Shown here: in pieces, positions 49,068 through 61,717 of the stretch
How the letters are laid out: every line of letters starts with the position of its first letter
How positions within the stretch are numbered: position 1 is the stretch's first letter
Assembly: GCA_964016885.1 (NCBI GenBank)
Contig: OZ024743.1
Location: forward strand, 317,936,001 to 318,000,000
Reading direction: 5' to 3'
Source of the DNA: Eledone cirrhosa
Lineage: Eukaryota
DNA length: 64,000 nt
Translations under genes and position numbers: made by a program
The notes under the pieces: generated by a model
Databases searched by the model: none
What the model was told of the DNA's origin: nothing
The model's input: the letters and a program-made list of their open reading frames with translations, nothing else

Positions 49068-52000
49068 ATAATAATAATAATAATGAAATTATTGTGTACA
49101 GTGCTCAGGTGCACTACAACTCATCAAAGGTGCATGTATAGTACATAGAATAATGTACAAATGTCAGGAAAATAAACAGTGTATGAGTCATGATATAATA
49201 ACAATAACGAAATATTGTGCACAGTGCCCAGGTGCACCACAACTCATCAAAAAAGTGCATGTACAGTACATAGGGCAATGCACAAACATCAGTAAAATGA
49301 ACAGTGCACGAGTCATGATACACACATGTGTGCATGTGTATGGAAGGGGTACATCAGGTGTAGTTTTGGCGTATTTTGGGAAGCATGAGTGTCTTAAAGG
49401 ATGCAGTGTCTCGGCAGCTAACAATTGACACAGGCAGTTTGTTCCATGCTTCAGCAACTCTGAGCGTGAAAAAATGTCTGCGAAAGTCATGGGAGCTGTG
49501 CTGTTTTCTTATCTTGTAGGCATGTCCATGTGTGTTAGACACATGGAGATCAAAGAGGCGCTCAGGGTTGCAGTTGGCGAGATGGTTAAAAACTTTGTGG
49601 GTATTCACCAAGTCCATTGCCAGACGTCGGAGCTTCAATGAATCCATGCCCAGGGAAGCAAGGCGTTCAGAGTATGGTAGGTGTCTGATGGAGGGTATGC
49701 GCTTGGTTGCACATCTCTGAACAGTTTCCAGGAGGTCAATGTTCCGAGCAAGATAGGGGTTCCAGACTGATGATGCGAATTCCAAGTGTGGTCGCACCAT
49801 AGCTGTATACAGTTTTAAATAGATGGCTGGAGAGCGGCTAACAAAGGTCTTGCTGAGTGATGCCAAGACACCCTCGGCCTTCTTGACAATCTTAGAGACA
49901 TGCTTTGTCCAACGCAAATCGTTGCTGACAGTAATGCCCAGGTCACGTTCACAAGAGGACTTTTTGATGTCAGTGTTGTGGAGGGAGTATGTGGACGCTG
50001 GATTTTTCCTTCCAAAATGCATGGTGGTACACTTGTCCACAGCCAGCTTCAGTTGCCAGTCTGTGATCCATTGCTGCATTGTGTCCAGGTCTGATTGTAG
50101 GAAAGAGTTGTAAATTTCAGGATCAGTCCTTTTGATTTCAAGGTACAGCTTGATGTCATCTGCATATTTTAGTACCGTGGCATTCTGTAAGTTGGCATCT
50201 ATGTCATTAATATATGCCACAAACAAAAGAGGACCAAGAACAGATCCCTGTGGTACACCAGATGACATCTCATATGGTGAAGAATGCTGTCCTAGAACCG
50301 TGACTACTTCCTTTCGGCTGAGAATGAAGGATTTCAGCCAGTCGAAAAGATCATCCCTCACACCCATTGCAGAGAGTTTTGCCATAAGTCTTTTGTGTGG
50401 CACAGAATTAAAAGCCTTAGCAAAGTCAAGGTAAACAACATCCACCCATGAGCCGCTGTCAGTGATCCGGGTGATGTCCTTAAGAAACTCGATAAGCTGA
50501 TCACAGCAGCTGGAGTTAGGGATAAATCCAAACTGTGAGGGCCGGATGAGGCTGTGAGAGCTCCAGAAGTTCCAAAGTGTTTCTCTGACACAGGATTCCA
50601 TCAGTTTGGCCATACAGCTAGTAAGACTGACTGGACGATAGTTGACAGGTGACATGCGGTTGCCCTTTTTGAACAGGGGAATGACACTGGCAGTTTTCCA
50701 CTGCTCCGGAGTAGCACCATTGCTGAGACAGTATTGAAAGAAAAAAGAAAGCTGGCGCAAAAGGAAATCCCCGCCACGTTTGAGAAGCAGGTATGTCACA
50801 CCATCAAGACCAGGGGAGGCATAGTTGCGCTTATTCTTAAGGTGACGTCGCAACATTGCAGGTGTAAATTCCATAGTTGTTATGGAATTTGATGTTAGAG
50901 ATGGTGGAGATGGTACATTCTGGTCCTCAACAGTAAAAATACTTGCATAGCACTCAGCAATGAGTTCTGCGCATTCCTTGGGATCGTCAGTGATCTGGCT
51001 TGTGTGGGGATTGCGAAGAGGACCAACTGGAGAGTGAGGTCTCTGCTTTGAATGAACATATTTCCAGAACACCTTACTGTCAGGATTGGTTGCGATGCAC
51101 TGTTCAAATTCAAGCACTGCCTTCTTTGTCACTTGCTTGAGATGGTTAGAAGATTTATTCCACTTTTTTCTGTTGGCATCTGATCTATGCAGTTTATATT
51201 CCCGTTCAGCGTTCCGACGTTCTTTCCTGGCAAGTCGGACCGCTGAAGTTTCCCAGATTGCACTTTTAGGGTGGTTATTTTTCCGCTTCCGTGGCACTGA
51301 TGCTGCACACGCTATCCATATTGAGTCCAGGATGCTCTGGAGTATAGAGTTCACATCTCCAGAGTTATACATCTCATGCCAGTTTGGGCGCTGTAGCTCA
51401 GTGCAGTACAAGTTCCAATCCGCCCTCTTCCAATCAAAGCAAGCAGATTGGAGATGGCCCTGGTTTTTGTTGCTGCCCTCAAGTGCCAGATTGGCAATGA
51501 TCATAGCATGATCAGAGTCGCCTAGAGGTTCCTCAGTAGTACAACTGATAACCACTTCAGGAGTAGTGGTGAAGATCAGGTCCAAAGTGTTGTCACCTCT
51601 TGTTGGAGAGGTGACTACTTGTGACAGTTTGAGTCCAGCACTAGTTCAAGGAAATCGTTTGCACCCTGTGGCCAACGAAAGGTTTCCCAATCGATCTCAG
51701 GATGATTGAAGTCACCTGCAATAAACACATAAGTGGCTGTTTTCTTGGCAGCAACTCTGAGGATATCGCAAAGCTGTGTGTCCTGATGGTAGTTTGGGGG
51801 GCGATAAACAACACCAAGCAGAAGTGTTGACATGGTCATACGTATGTCACAGAAAAAAACTTCTTCCTGTGATTCGTTCAAATCAACGCAAGGAATTACC
51901 GAAAAGTTTGAACGAACGTAGACCATCACACCACCACCACGGCGGTTAATGCGGTCCTTGCGGAAAAGGTTGTACCCAGTAATGGTGAAAACCCCATCAC

Positions 52001-52245
52001 AGAGTAAGGAATGTGCCCATGTTTCCGTGACTGTGATGAAGTCAGGGTCGATGCTTCTGACGTAGGATTCGAACAGATGTATCTTGTTGCATAAACTGCG
52101 AGCATTTAATGACAACAATTTGTACCCTGCTCGCAGTTTATGATGGTGTGTAGAGGGTGGCAGGTTGTTCTGGTTTAGTTTCCCAGAGTTGTAGCAGTTT
52201 TTACATTGCCAGTTATTGCGGGTAGATCACACTCAGACCAGCTGG
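49068..52245 (-). mobile_element. CR1-type LINE: ORF1 C-terminus plus nearly intact ORF2 (APE and RT), one frameshift near 51625, stacked 3' ends
   Basis: LSLNARSL, TETW, VYRPP, GDFNHP and SDH (APE); NYRPVSLTS, GVPQGSVLGP, KYADD and RPHLEF (RT); 743-aa ORF. Confidence 0.95.
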
Positions 52246-52904
52246 TATATATATGTGTGTGTGTGTATATATATGTGTGTGTGTGTATATATATATGTGT
52301 GTGTGTGTATATATATATGTGTGTGTGTGTATATATATATATGTGTGTGTCTGTATATATGTGTGTGTGTGTATATATATATGTGTGTGTATATATATGT
52401 GTGTGTGTGTATGTGTGTGTGTATATATATATGTATGTGTGTGTGTAGTATGATTGAAATAAATTTATTTTGATCTATATTTATTATGTATATGATAAGC
52501 TCCTTAGTGCTGATGATCTACCCAATAAAAGCACCCAGTACACACTATAAAGTGATTGGTGTTAGGAAGGGCATCCAGCCATAGAAAGCTTGCTAAACAA
52601 GGGGTTAGGAAGACCCTTCAGTTTGCACTTAATATGACTGTATGTAATAGGGATACAGACCACTCATCCTGTCTGGGCAGTCAGTAGCCCTGCATCAGTA
52701 CTGACTTGGTCTATGTAGATCTATCCAACCTTTGCTAGTAGGGAAAGTGAACATTAAAACGATGATGATGATGTTGATGAATATGTGTGTATATATGTAT
52801 ATATAATTTTATTTCATTGTAACCCATAACATACTTGTTGTAATCTGTCCATGTCTTGTCTCCTCATCCTTCATCCTTATGGCAAATTACATTTATTATG
52901 ATTA

Positions 52905-53114
52905 TTGGTTAATTCACAGAACTGATAGAGCATCAGATAAAATGACATTGTGACATTTGTTCTAGTTCTTTACATTCTGGGTTCAAATTCTGTCGAGGTT
53001 AGCTTTGCCTTTCATCTTTACGAGATTCATAAAATAAAGCACCAGTAATGCACTGGGGTCGTTCTAATCAACTTTCCCCTCCCCAAATTGCTGGCCTTGT
53101 GCCTATAGTAAAAA

Positions 53115-53155
<41 letters not shown>

Positions 53156-53165
53156 AATAATTATT
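52905..53165 (+). mobile_element. Family A SINE with (TTA)n tail abutting the exon 10 acceptor
   Basis: gggttcaaattctgtcgaggttagctttgcctttcatc; tail 53117-53165. Confidence 0.75.
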
Positions 53166-53184
53166 TTGATTTGAATCTTTTCAG

Positions 53185-53322
53185 AATGGATTGAGTTTAC
53201 CCCATATGAAATTGGCATCCCAAAATATGGAACATATATGAAAGTTGAACATTTTGGATCTAAGTTCTTTATGGGAAAAATATGTCGTGAACACCCAGAA
53301 CCACCATTGCACTATCTTCAAG
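53185..53322 (+). CDS. PLA2G4A: cPLA2 exon 10: EWIEFTPYEIGIPKYGTYMKVEHFGSKFFMGKICREHPEPPLHYLQG
   Basis: WxEFxPYEIG and FGSKFFMG motifs; tttcag and gtaagg. Confidence 0.96.
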
Positions 53323-53826
53323 GTAAGGTCTTTAGGAATGGATAATTATGGTGTCATGCCACCACCACTGCCAATACTACTACCACCATGAGGTTGATAA
53401 AATATGTACCAGTCCTGTACTGGGGTTGTTTCTTCCTTGTGTCTCTTACTCACTTCCATTCTCTCACTTTCTATCTTTCTCTGGAAGAAATCTGCTTAAA
53501 ATGAATGCCCTAGAAATGTTGTATACCACCACAGCGCCCCTGTGACACCATCAGGAGTTACAGGTCCATACCATACCAACTCTGCTATTCAAAGTCTGCA
53601 ATTGAATAAAAGGACACAAGATGGTGGCATTGATCTTTATACCAAAAGAGACTTTCCACTGTGTTTTGTCACTCGGTGGGATTCACACTGAAATGTTGAA
53701 TATTAATATGCCAATGCATGTAGTATGAAAATAGCAATAGTTTCATACAATAACAACTTGGCTAATATACAATTTCATTACATATTTAAGGGCAATAAAT
53801 TGGTAGAAATGGTGGAACATTGGATT

Positions 53827-54619
53827 AAATATTTGGTATTATTATAGAAGAATACTCCAATCGATTTCAGTAGTAAAAAACTTTTTTCCTTATTTTTTTC
53901 ATGTGCTATCAACTAATCTAACCTCTATAATTACCCCGGGAGTTTTCCCTATAATATTTTTTTTTTTCCGATGTTATCAATGAATATGACCACCAAACCA
54001 GTCAGAACCAACTAGATTTGTAGAAAAAGTGGGGTGAAAGGGGGCAAAATGATCATCGCAGTTTCACAGATCTACACACCTTTCGTGTTTGGTGGGAAAT
54101 AATTATCTTTCCTCGATTTTTTCTGGACCTTTTAGATGCTTGCAATAGACTTTTTTTCCTGGATTAGGGTGAGGATTAGGGATAGTTTTAGGGTTAAGGT
54201 TTAATTTAGGGTTAGGTTTATGGTTGGGTTTCTGTTTTCTGGGGGAAAAGTCCATTGCAAGCATCTAAGAGGTCTAGAAAAATAAAACCATGAAAGATAA
54301 TTATTTCCCACCAAATGCGAGAGGTGTGTAGATCTGCAAAACTCCACCCCAACCCTCACCCTACTTTTTCTACAAATCTAGTTGGTTCCGACTGCTTTGG
54401 AAGTCCTATTCGTTGATAACACGTGAAAAAGAAAAATGGAGAGAAATGTTTGAGGTGGGAGGACCACCCAACTCCCACCCCTCTGTTCTCTGGAAAAAAA
54501 AGTCAATTGCCAGAATCTTGGATGTTAGATTAGTTGATAGCACATGAAAAAAATGAGGAAAAAAATTTTTTCCTGCTGAAATCAAGTGGAGATTTGTTCT
54601 ATAACTTTACCAAATATTT
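53827..54619. mobile_element. Foldback MITE of about 790 bp with TTAGGG-like centre
   Basis: Four nested inverted blocks, e.g. catgtgctatcaactaatctaac / gttagattagttgatagcacatg and aaccaactagatttgtagaaaaagt / actttttctacaaatctagttggtt. Confidence 0.85.
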
Positions 54620-55416
54620 TATTTTCTCCCTGAACCTTTTGATACCAAACCACCTGAAACTGCCCCTGATTTGACAACACAAAACTCTATTTGAAGTTAG
54701 ACATTTTTATTGCTATAATTCTTTTTTATAATTGTTACATATATTTTATTATCATATAACAAATATATAAGAAGTACATACAAATAATTATTGCTAGGAT
54801 CTTTATAAATATAATACCCAAAAATATATAATCAGAGTAATAGAAAAAAAAACATCAATTCAACACTAAATGCTTTTTTTCTTAAAAAGAATATTTAAAA
54901 CTCCTAGTGTCTTCCTTCTGTGTGATTTTTGGAAGGTTTGGCTATTCTTTCTAGCATATCCTAAAGCAATGGCATATGTGATTTGAGAGTGATTTTGATG
55001 CTCTTTCTGGCATTTTCTTATAAATCTAAATTAGCTATTTGGCTGTTATTTCTAGCTTTTTACAAGACATCAAGGTGTGTGTGCTTTCAATGAGAATCGG
55101 CTGTCATTGCTAACATTTTACTAGACAACAGGGTGTGTATTTTGAAGGAAATATTCGTTGCAATTTCTAAAATTTTACAAGATATCAGAGTGTGTGATTT
55201 TGCTGTTCTTTCTAATATTTTCTTATACATAAGGATGGCTACTACTTCTAGCAGGTGGATTGACCATGTGGAAAATCACAAGCAGAATCAAACATTTTCA
55301 GTAAAACTAATTTGGTTAATAGTTAAGGGAATAGAACTCACTCAAGCTTATTGTTTCAGAGTTATTTCCCTTCCGTATATTACATAGATATGATATATCT
55401 TAGTCATTAACTTGAG

Positions 55417-55646
55417 TTAATCCTTTCGCATTAACATTACTCTATATTTACTATTGTATTTTTCATAGTAAAGACTTTACCTCACATAATTATCTCACAT
55501 AATATCGAATCTACGAGATTTTGATATTATTTATTTTGAGAACAATACCTTAACATTAGTATGAGTGGCCAGTTACAGCTAGCTTGAACAGAAAGAGGTG
55601 AGAGATTTCTAGCCGGATACAGCCAGTTTAAATGCTAAAGGGTTAA
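55417..55646. mobile_element. piggyBac-like MITE
   Basis: TTAA|tcctttcgcatt ... aatgctaaaggg|TTAA. Confidence 0.55.
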
Positions 55647-55809
55647 TAAGGCATATTAGGAATTTGGAGTTGGGTAGAGAGATGCGTATCCGAATGTGTA
55701 GATTACGATTATGTTAATGAATTAATACACATTTAAGGGGAATATAACAAAACTAGAATATGTGGTTAGAAGTACATTTGGTTGTTATTTCTCTCTCTCT
55801 CTCTTGAAA

Positions 55810-56535
55810 TATAATAATAATAATAATGAAATTATTGTGTAAAGTGCTCAGGTGCATTACAACTCGTCAAAGGTGCATGTATAGTACATAGAATAATATA
55901 CAAATGTCAGGGAAGTGAATAGTGTATGAGTCATGATATACGTGTGTATGTGTATGGAGGGGGAACATTAGGTTGGCGAAGGTCTTGCTGAGTGATGCTA
56001 AGACACCCTCGGCCCTCTTGACAATTTTAGAGACGTGCTTCGTCCAACACAAATCGCTGCTGACCGTAATGCCCAGGTCACGTTCACAAGAAGACTTCTT
56101 GATATTAGTGCTGTGGAGGGAATATGTGGACACTGGGTTTTTACTCCAAAAATGCATGGTGGTGCACTTGTCCACAGCTAGCTTGAGTTGCCAGTCTGAG
56201 ATCCATTGTTGCATTGTGTCCAGGTCAGACTGCAAGCAAGATCTTTAGTGTTCAGGATCAGTCCTTTTTATCTCAAGTTACAGCTTGATGTCATCTGCGT
56301 ACTTTAGTACTGTGGCATTCTTTAAGTTGGCATCTATGTCATTAATATATGCCACAAACAAAAGGGGGGCCAAGAACAGATCCCTGTGGTACACCAGATG
56401 ACATCTCATATGGTGAGGAATGCTGTCCCAGAACCGTGACTATCTCTCTTCGACTGAGAATGAAGGACTTCAACCAGTTAAAAAGATCATCCTTCACACC
56501 CATTGCAGAGTTTTGCCATAAGCCTTTTGTGTTTT
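55810..56535 (-). mobile_element. Truncated, internally deleted copy of the CR1 family at 49068-52245
   Basis: QSDLDTMQQWISDWQLKLAVDKC; jumps from LSKTF to the 3' UTR near 55972 (about 0.5 kb missing). Confidence 0.9.
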
Positions 56536-57297
56536 TCTACTGGATTGAACCAGCTCTTTTTACATACTTCACAATGTTTCCTATTAGCTACACTACATTA
56601 TATATGTATGTGTGTGGTGCAAGGTCAACAATGAAAAGCAGTGAAAATGAACACGAAAAACAATTACAAAAAGTGTTATTAGGTTCATGTTTGTATAAAT
56701 GGAAAAAGAAATCTCCTCAATGTAACAGATGTTAGTCCTTCATCAGGAAAGAAATGAGAGAGGGAGAGAAGGGGTTAGTGAAAAGGTTAGGAGGGATGAA
56801 GAAGATAGGATTAAAAGAGTGTGTTTACCTCCATGCAGGGCATGTATGTAGAGGTGGTGGCAGAATGTCAAGGCCTATCAGTGGTGCTGATGTATGTGTA
56901 TGTGTGTGAGTGGGATGGGGTGTAATATGGATTGTTTATAAAGCCATTAGTCATGTATTTCTGTGTGAGTTGTGAAAGATGTACACAGCTTCTGAAGGTG
57001 ATTCCAGCTAGAATCTAAACTCATAACAAGCTGTTTATTTATTTATTTTCTCTAATCAACAAAGAATTGTATTAATAAGTCATGCTTTCACGTTTACATA
57101 TGTAAATATAAAGTAGTATAGTTAATATGAAGTATTGTGAGATATTACATATCCCACAATGCTTCATATTATATCAGTCATAAATGTATATGAGTGTTTA
57201 CAAACACATTTCTTGTGTCATCAGTTAAATCTGTATAGTTTCTGTACAGATATTTCTAATCTATCTAAAGTTATAGAAATATCCTCATTATCTATAG

Positions 57298-57390
57298 GTA
57301 TTTGGGGAAGTGCCTTTTGCATCCTGTTTAAAAGATTACTGGAAGATAAATCTAGAAAAGACCCAGTTGCAATCATGCGACGTGATATAG
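57298..57390 (+). CDS. PLA2G4A: cPLA2 exon 11: GIWGSAFCILFKRLLEDKSRKDPVAIMRRDI
   Basis: GxWGSAF motif; tatag and gtgagt; 93 nt, phase 1 to 1. Confidence 0.93.
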   Translation, partial: VFGEVPFASCLKDYWKINLEKTQLQSCDVI

Positions 57391-57994
57391 GTGAGTATAG
57401 GACCTTCCTTTCTCAATGCATTTCTTATTTATTTGTTTGTTACAACTCAACATAAAAGTTTGCAGGGAATTATTACAAGGGTCAGCTGAAAATCTTGCAT
57501 TAATTTCAACTCTTCTTATTAATAACTACATTATTTCCCTCCAGGGAGTATGTTGAAAAATATGCCTTATTTAGTCATTCCATGAGAGTATCTTGTTCAG
57601 CCTATGAACTTTTCAGCCTATGAACATTTCAGCCAACCCTCATACTTTATCTCTCTATCTGTCTGTCTTGTTACGTGTCTACCCTTCCTTCATTTGGTCT
57701 ATTTATCATCTAATTATCCATCTGTGGACAATAAATAAAACAACAACTATCTATTTATCTGTCTGTCTACCTTTCTGTCATTTTGTCTATCTATCAACAA
57801 TACTAGGCAGAGAATTGACAGTCATTGCAGTATTCATTCAGGTTCACTCTGCTCTCTGAATATGAATCCTGCCAAGGTGTTGCAGTGAGTGTCTCTAGCT
57901 ATTCTCTGCAGTAATGCTTTTGCTGTTTTGTTTGGAGGCTGTTAGGAGGCTAAAAAAAAAAAAGAAAAGAAAAAAAGTTATTTTTATCTATATG

Positions 57995-60900
57995 CTATAT
58001 AATTATTGCAGGCGACCTAAACGGTCACGTTGGACAACATTGTGACGGCTACGACGAAATCCATGGAGGCTATGGGTTTGGTACTAGAAATGAGGAAGGC
58101 TCCAGAATCCTGGAATTCTGCGACGCAAATAACCTAACTATCTGCAACACTAACTTCAAAAAACGAGACAATCACTTGATCACCTACAGATAAGGGGAAC
58201 ATACTAGCCAGGTAGATTATATCCTTACCAGAAGACGTGACAAAGTGACTGTCGTAAACACTAAATCCCTCCCCCATGAAGAATGCACTTCCCAACATAG
58301 ACTGATAATTAGCGACCTAATAGTCAGGACGAGACGTACTAGACAACAGAAGAGGACTATCCTCAGGAGAAAAATATGGAAGCTAAAGGACCCCACAGCC
58401 AAAAATAAATTCCAAAGCATATTACTTGATGCTTTCGACAGTGAGGAAGAGCAATTAGAGACGTACAAGGTAGAGGAACAGTGGAAATTCCTGAAAGCAA
58501 ACCTGCTGACGGCGGCAGACGAAGTCTGTGGCTGGAACAGGCCTGTAGGCAGGAGGAGAGTAACATGGTGGTGGAACAGTAAGGTGGAGGGGTCAATTAA
58601 GGCCAAAAAGCAGGCTTGGAAAGTATGGCGGGATGGGGGAAGCAGAGAAGACTATCAAGTGGCCAGGAGGGAAGCTAGGAGACAAGTGTACTTCGCAAGA
58701 AGGGAAGCTAGGAGACAAGTGTACTTCGCAAGAAGGGAAGCAGAGAAAAGAAAGTTCAAGCATGTTCTACAACGCGATGACCAAAAACGTGAGGTGTTCA
58801 GGATTGCTAGGCAATGTGTCAAGGAAAACAGTGATATTGTCGGGGAGAAGTGTGTACTTAATGATGACGGCATACTTGCCATCACCGACGCCGATAAGAA
58901 GGTAGCTTGGAAGTGTCACTATGAAAGGCTACTAAATGAGGAGAATAAATGGGAGAAAGACAGTCTCCCCCACATCGACCCAATAGAGGGACCAGCAGTG
59001 TTAGTCGAGGGTAGTATAATAAGTAAGGCAATCAAAGATATGAAGACAGGCAAGGCGGCTGGGCCTTCGGAAATAGTTGCCGAGATGCTGAAGGCATCTG
59101 GTACGGTGGGACACACCATGGTCACCCGGATAGTCAACCAAGTCATACAGAATGGGGTTGTTCCGAAGGACTGGCGCAGCAGCATTATCGTTAACTGTTA
59201 TAAGGGTAAAGGAGATGCCCTAGATAGGAGTAACTATAGAGGCATTAAATTAATCGACCAGGTCATGAAGGTCACGGAAAAAGTTATAGCGCAACTAATC
59301 AGAGAGCGAATTGATCTAGATGAAATGCAGTTCGGGTTTGTGTCAGGAAAAAGTACCACAGGCGCTCTTTTCATTGTACGACAACTACAGGAGAAGTACC
59401 TAGCTAAAAGTAAACCCCTATACTTAGCTTTCGTCGACTTGGAGAAGGCCTTCGACAGAGTCCCCCGTTCCATTATCTGGTGGGCTCTTAGAAAACTAGA
59501 TGTTGATGAATGGCTTGTGAGAGCTATACAAGCCATGTATAAAGAAACAGTTAGCAAGGTTAGAATTAACAACGAATATAGTGAAGAGTTTAGTGTAAAA
59601 GTTGGTGTTCATCAGGGCTCTGTTCTTAGCCCCCTACTATTTATTATTGCCCTCCAGGCTATAACAGTGGAGTTCAAGACCGGCTGCCCATGGGAACTCC
59701 TATACGCAGATGATCTAACGCTCATAGCTGAATCAATGGCCGAGCTAGAGAAGAAATTCCAAACATGGAAGCACGGCCTAGAATCAAAAGGCCTTAAAAT
59801 TAACCTAGCTAAGACTAAAGTTCTAGTTTGTAAGAAAGAAAATAAGGCGGCGGTCCCCTCCGGGAAGTGGCCATGCGCAGAGTGTAGGAAAGGCGTAGGT
59901 AGAAATTCCATTTTGTGTCCCAAATGCAAAGTTTGGGTGCATAAAAGATGTAGTGGGATCACAGGTAAGCTAACTAAGAACATAGATTTTACATGTGGCC
60001 AGTGTTCTGGGGATATAAGTAGCAGCAAGTGCCCACAAAATACTAGCTCTTTCAACTGCGCAGAGGGTTCTATAGAAATAGTGGACAGCTTCCGTTACCT
60101 GGGTGACAAAATCAGCAGTGGGGGAGGGTGCTCTGAAAGTACAGTAGCTAGAGTCAGAACTGGGTGGAAAAAGTTCAGAGAGCTTATACCACTATTAGCC
60201 GCTAAAGGGTTCTCCCTAAAAATGAAAGGCAGGCTGTACGATGCCTGCATACGAACAGCAATGTTGCATGGCAGTGAGACCTGGGCATTGTGTGCAGAGG
60301 ATATACGCAGACTAGAGAGAAACGAAGCTTGCATGCTCCGCTGGATGTGTAATAGTAATATACGTGAACGACAAAGCATAAACGAACTAAGGAAAAAATT
60401 AGAAATAAGAGGGATCAGATGTTGTTTACTAGAGAGAAGGCTACGTTGGTATGGTCACGTGATGCGCATGAAGGATGATAGCTGTATAACAAAGTGCAGG
60501 GCAATAAAGATAGACGGTAGCCACGGAATAGGCAGACCCAGAAAAACCTGGGACGACTTGATAAACTCCGACCTCTCACACTTACACCTCACCAAGACAA
60601 TGTCACTGGACCGAGACCTTTGGCGGTACTCAGTAATAGAGAAGACCCGCCTTGCCAGTAGGCATCTCTAACAAAATACACCCCGTCCCACCACCACCCC
60701 CACCACCACCCCATCCACACCACCCCGTTCTATGTAAAGTTATGTTGGTGCCGCGCCATCCAAGTCGAAACAAATGAGATCGTGTAGGTGTCACGACAAA
60801 AAAACACACAGTCCATGCTGTAATGTGGCCGTGTAGGCAACACGGTAAAAACCTCCCAGACCCACACTGTAAATGTCGTTGGTGTTAGGAAGGGCATCCA

Positions 60901-61034
60901 ACTGTAGAAAACCTGCCAGACAGTCCTATGCGAGCAAGAAAATCACTCTTGCCTCAAGTGGGACTACCCCCGTCCAAACCCATGCAAGCGTGGAACACGG
61001 ACGTTAAACGTTGATGATGATGATGATGATGATG
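57995..61034 (+). mobile_element. 5'-truncated RTE LINE: partial APE, RT, PHD-like finger, (GAT)n tail
   Basis: 808-aa ORF with NYRGIKL, DLEKAFD, QGSVLSP, LLYADDL and FRYLG; IAGDLNGH upstream; premature TAA at 58191; 33-nt in-frame duplication. Confidence 0.96.
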
Positions 61035-61091
61035 TTATTGGAATTTTCTTAAGGCATTTCTTGAAATAATTCTGTTTATCTCCTTCAACAG

Positions 61092-61398
61092 AGGTGGAAT
61101 TAGATAAGCAGGATTTGGATGAAGGCAATGAGTTTTCAGATGATGAGGAGGAGATTGAAAAAGAAGAGACAGAAAAGAGAAAAAGTCTATTTGTCGATCG
61201 TAAAAGTGTCAATCTCCCCAAGAACTCCATTGAAACTGGAATTGGTGTGCTTGATAATAACATAAACCCAGAAACCATTTCAGTCCAGAATGGATCAAAT
61301 AAAAAAAATATTCCCAAAAAGGAGGAATCTGATGTTAAAAAGAAAGCTTCCGATTCTGCAGGTTTCTGGACCCAGATGTTAAGGGGATTGGTTGAGAA
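61092..61398 (+). CDS. PLA2G4A: cPLA2 exon 12, charged low-complexity loop: EVELDKQDLDEGNEFSDDEEEIEK...DSAGFWTQMLRGLVE
   Basis: 307 nt open frame between caacag and gtaagt; phases fit both neighbours; corresponds to the variable lid/cap loop region. Confidence 0.85.
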
Positions 61399-61717
61399 GT
61401 AAGTATGTCTATAGTTCAGTATCATCATCATCATCATCATCATTATTATTTTATATCTACTTTACATGATGGTGAAGGCGTATGGCCAGTGTTGGACTTA
61501 CCTATAAACTGCTTAGGGCCACACACCCTTAGGGGGCCTCATTTAAAAAAATATATATTTTTACTTTTCTATGCGGCAAATAGAATACATCCAGCCTCTC
61601 TCTCAGCTCATCTCATATTAAATAATTTGCCACATCAAATAGACACAAAATAAATAATAAACAAATAAAAATTATATACACAATTTAATTTTTTTTTTCT
61701 GAATTTTCTTTTCCCAG

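Noticed and set aside
54163-54217. Interstitial telomere
   Set aside because: Few degenerate units and they form the centre of a foldback element
58217-60379. Antisense ORFs over the LINEs (also 25236-27902, 45387-46352 and 49823-51511)
   Set aside because: Shadow frames of RT ORFs with no independent evidence
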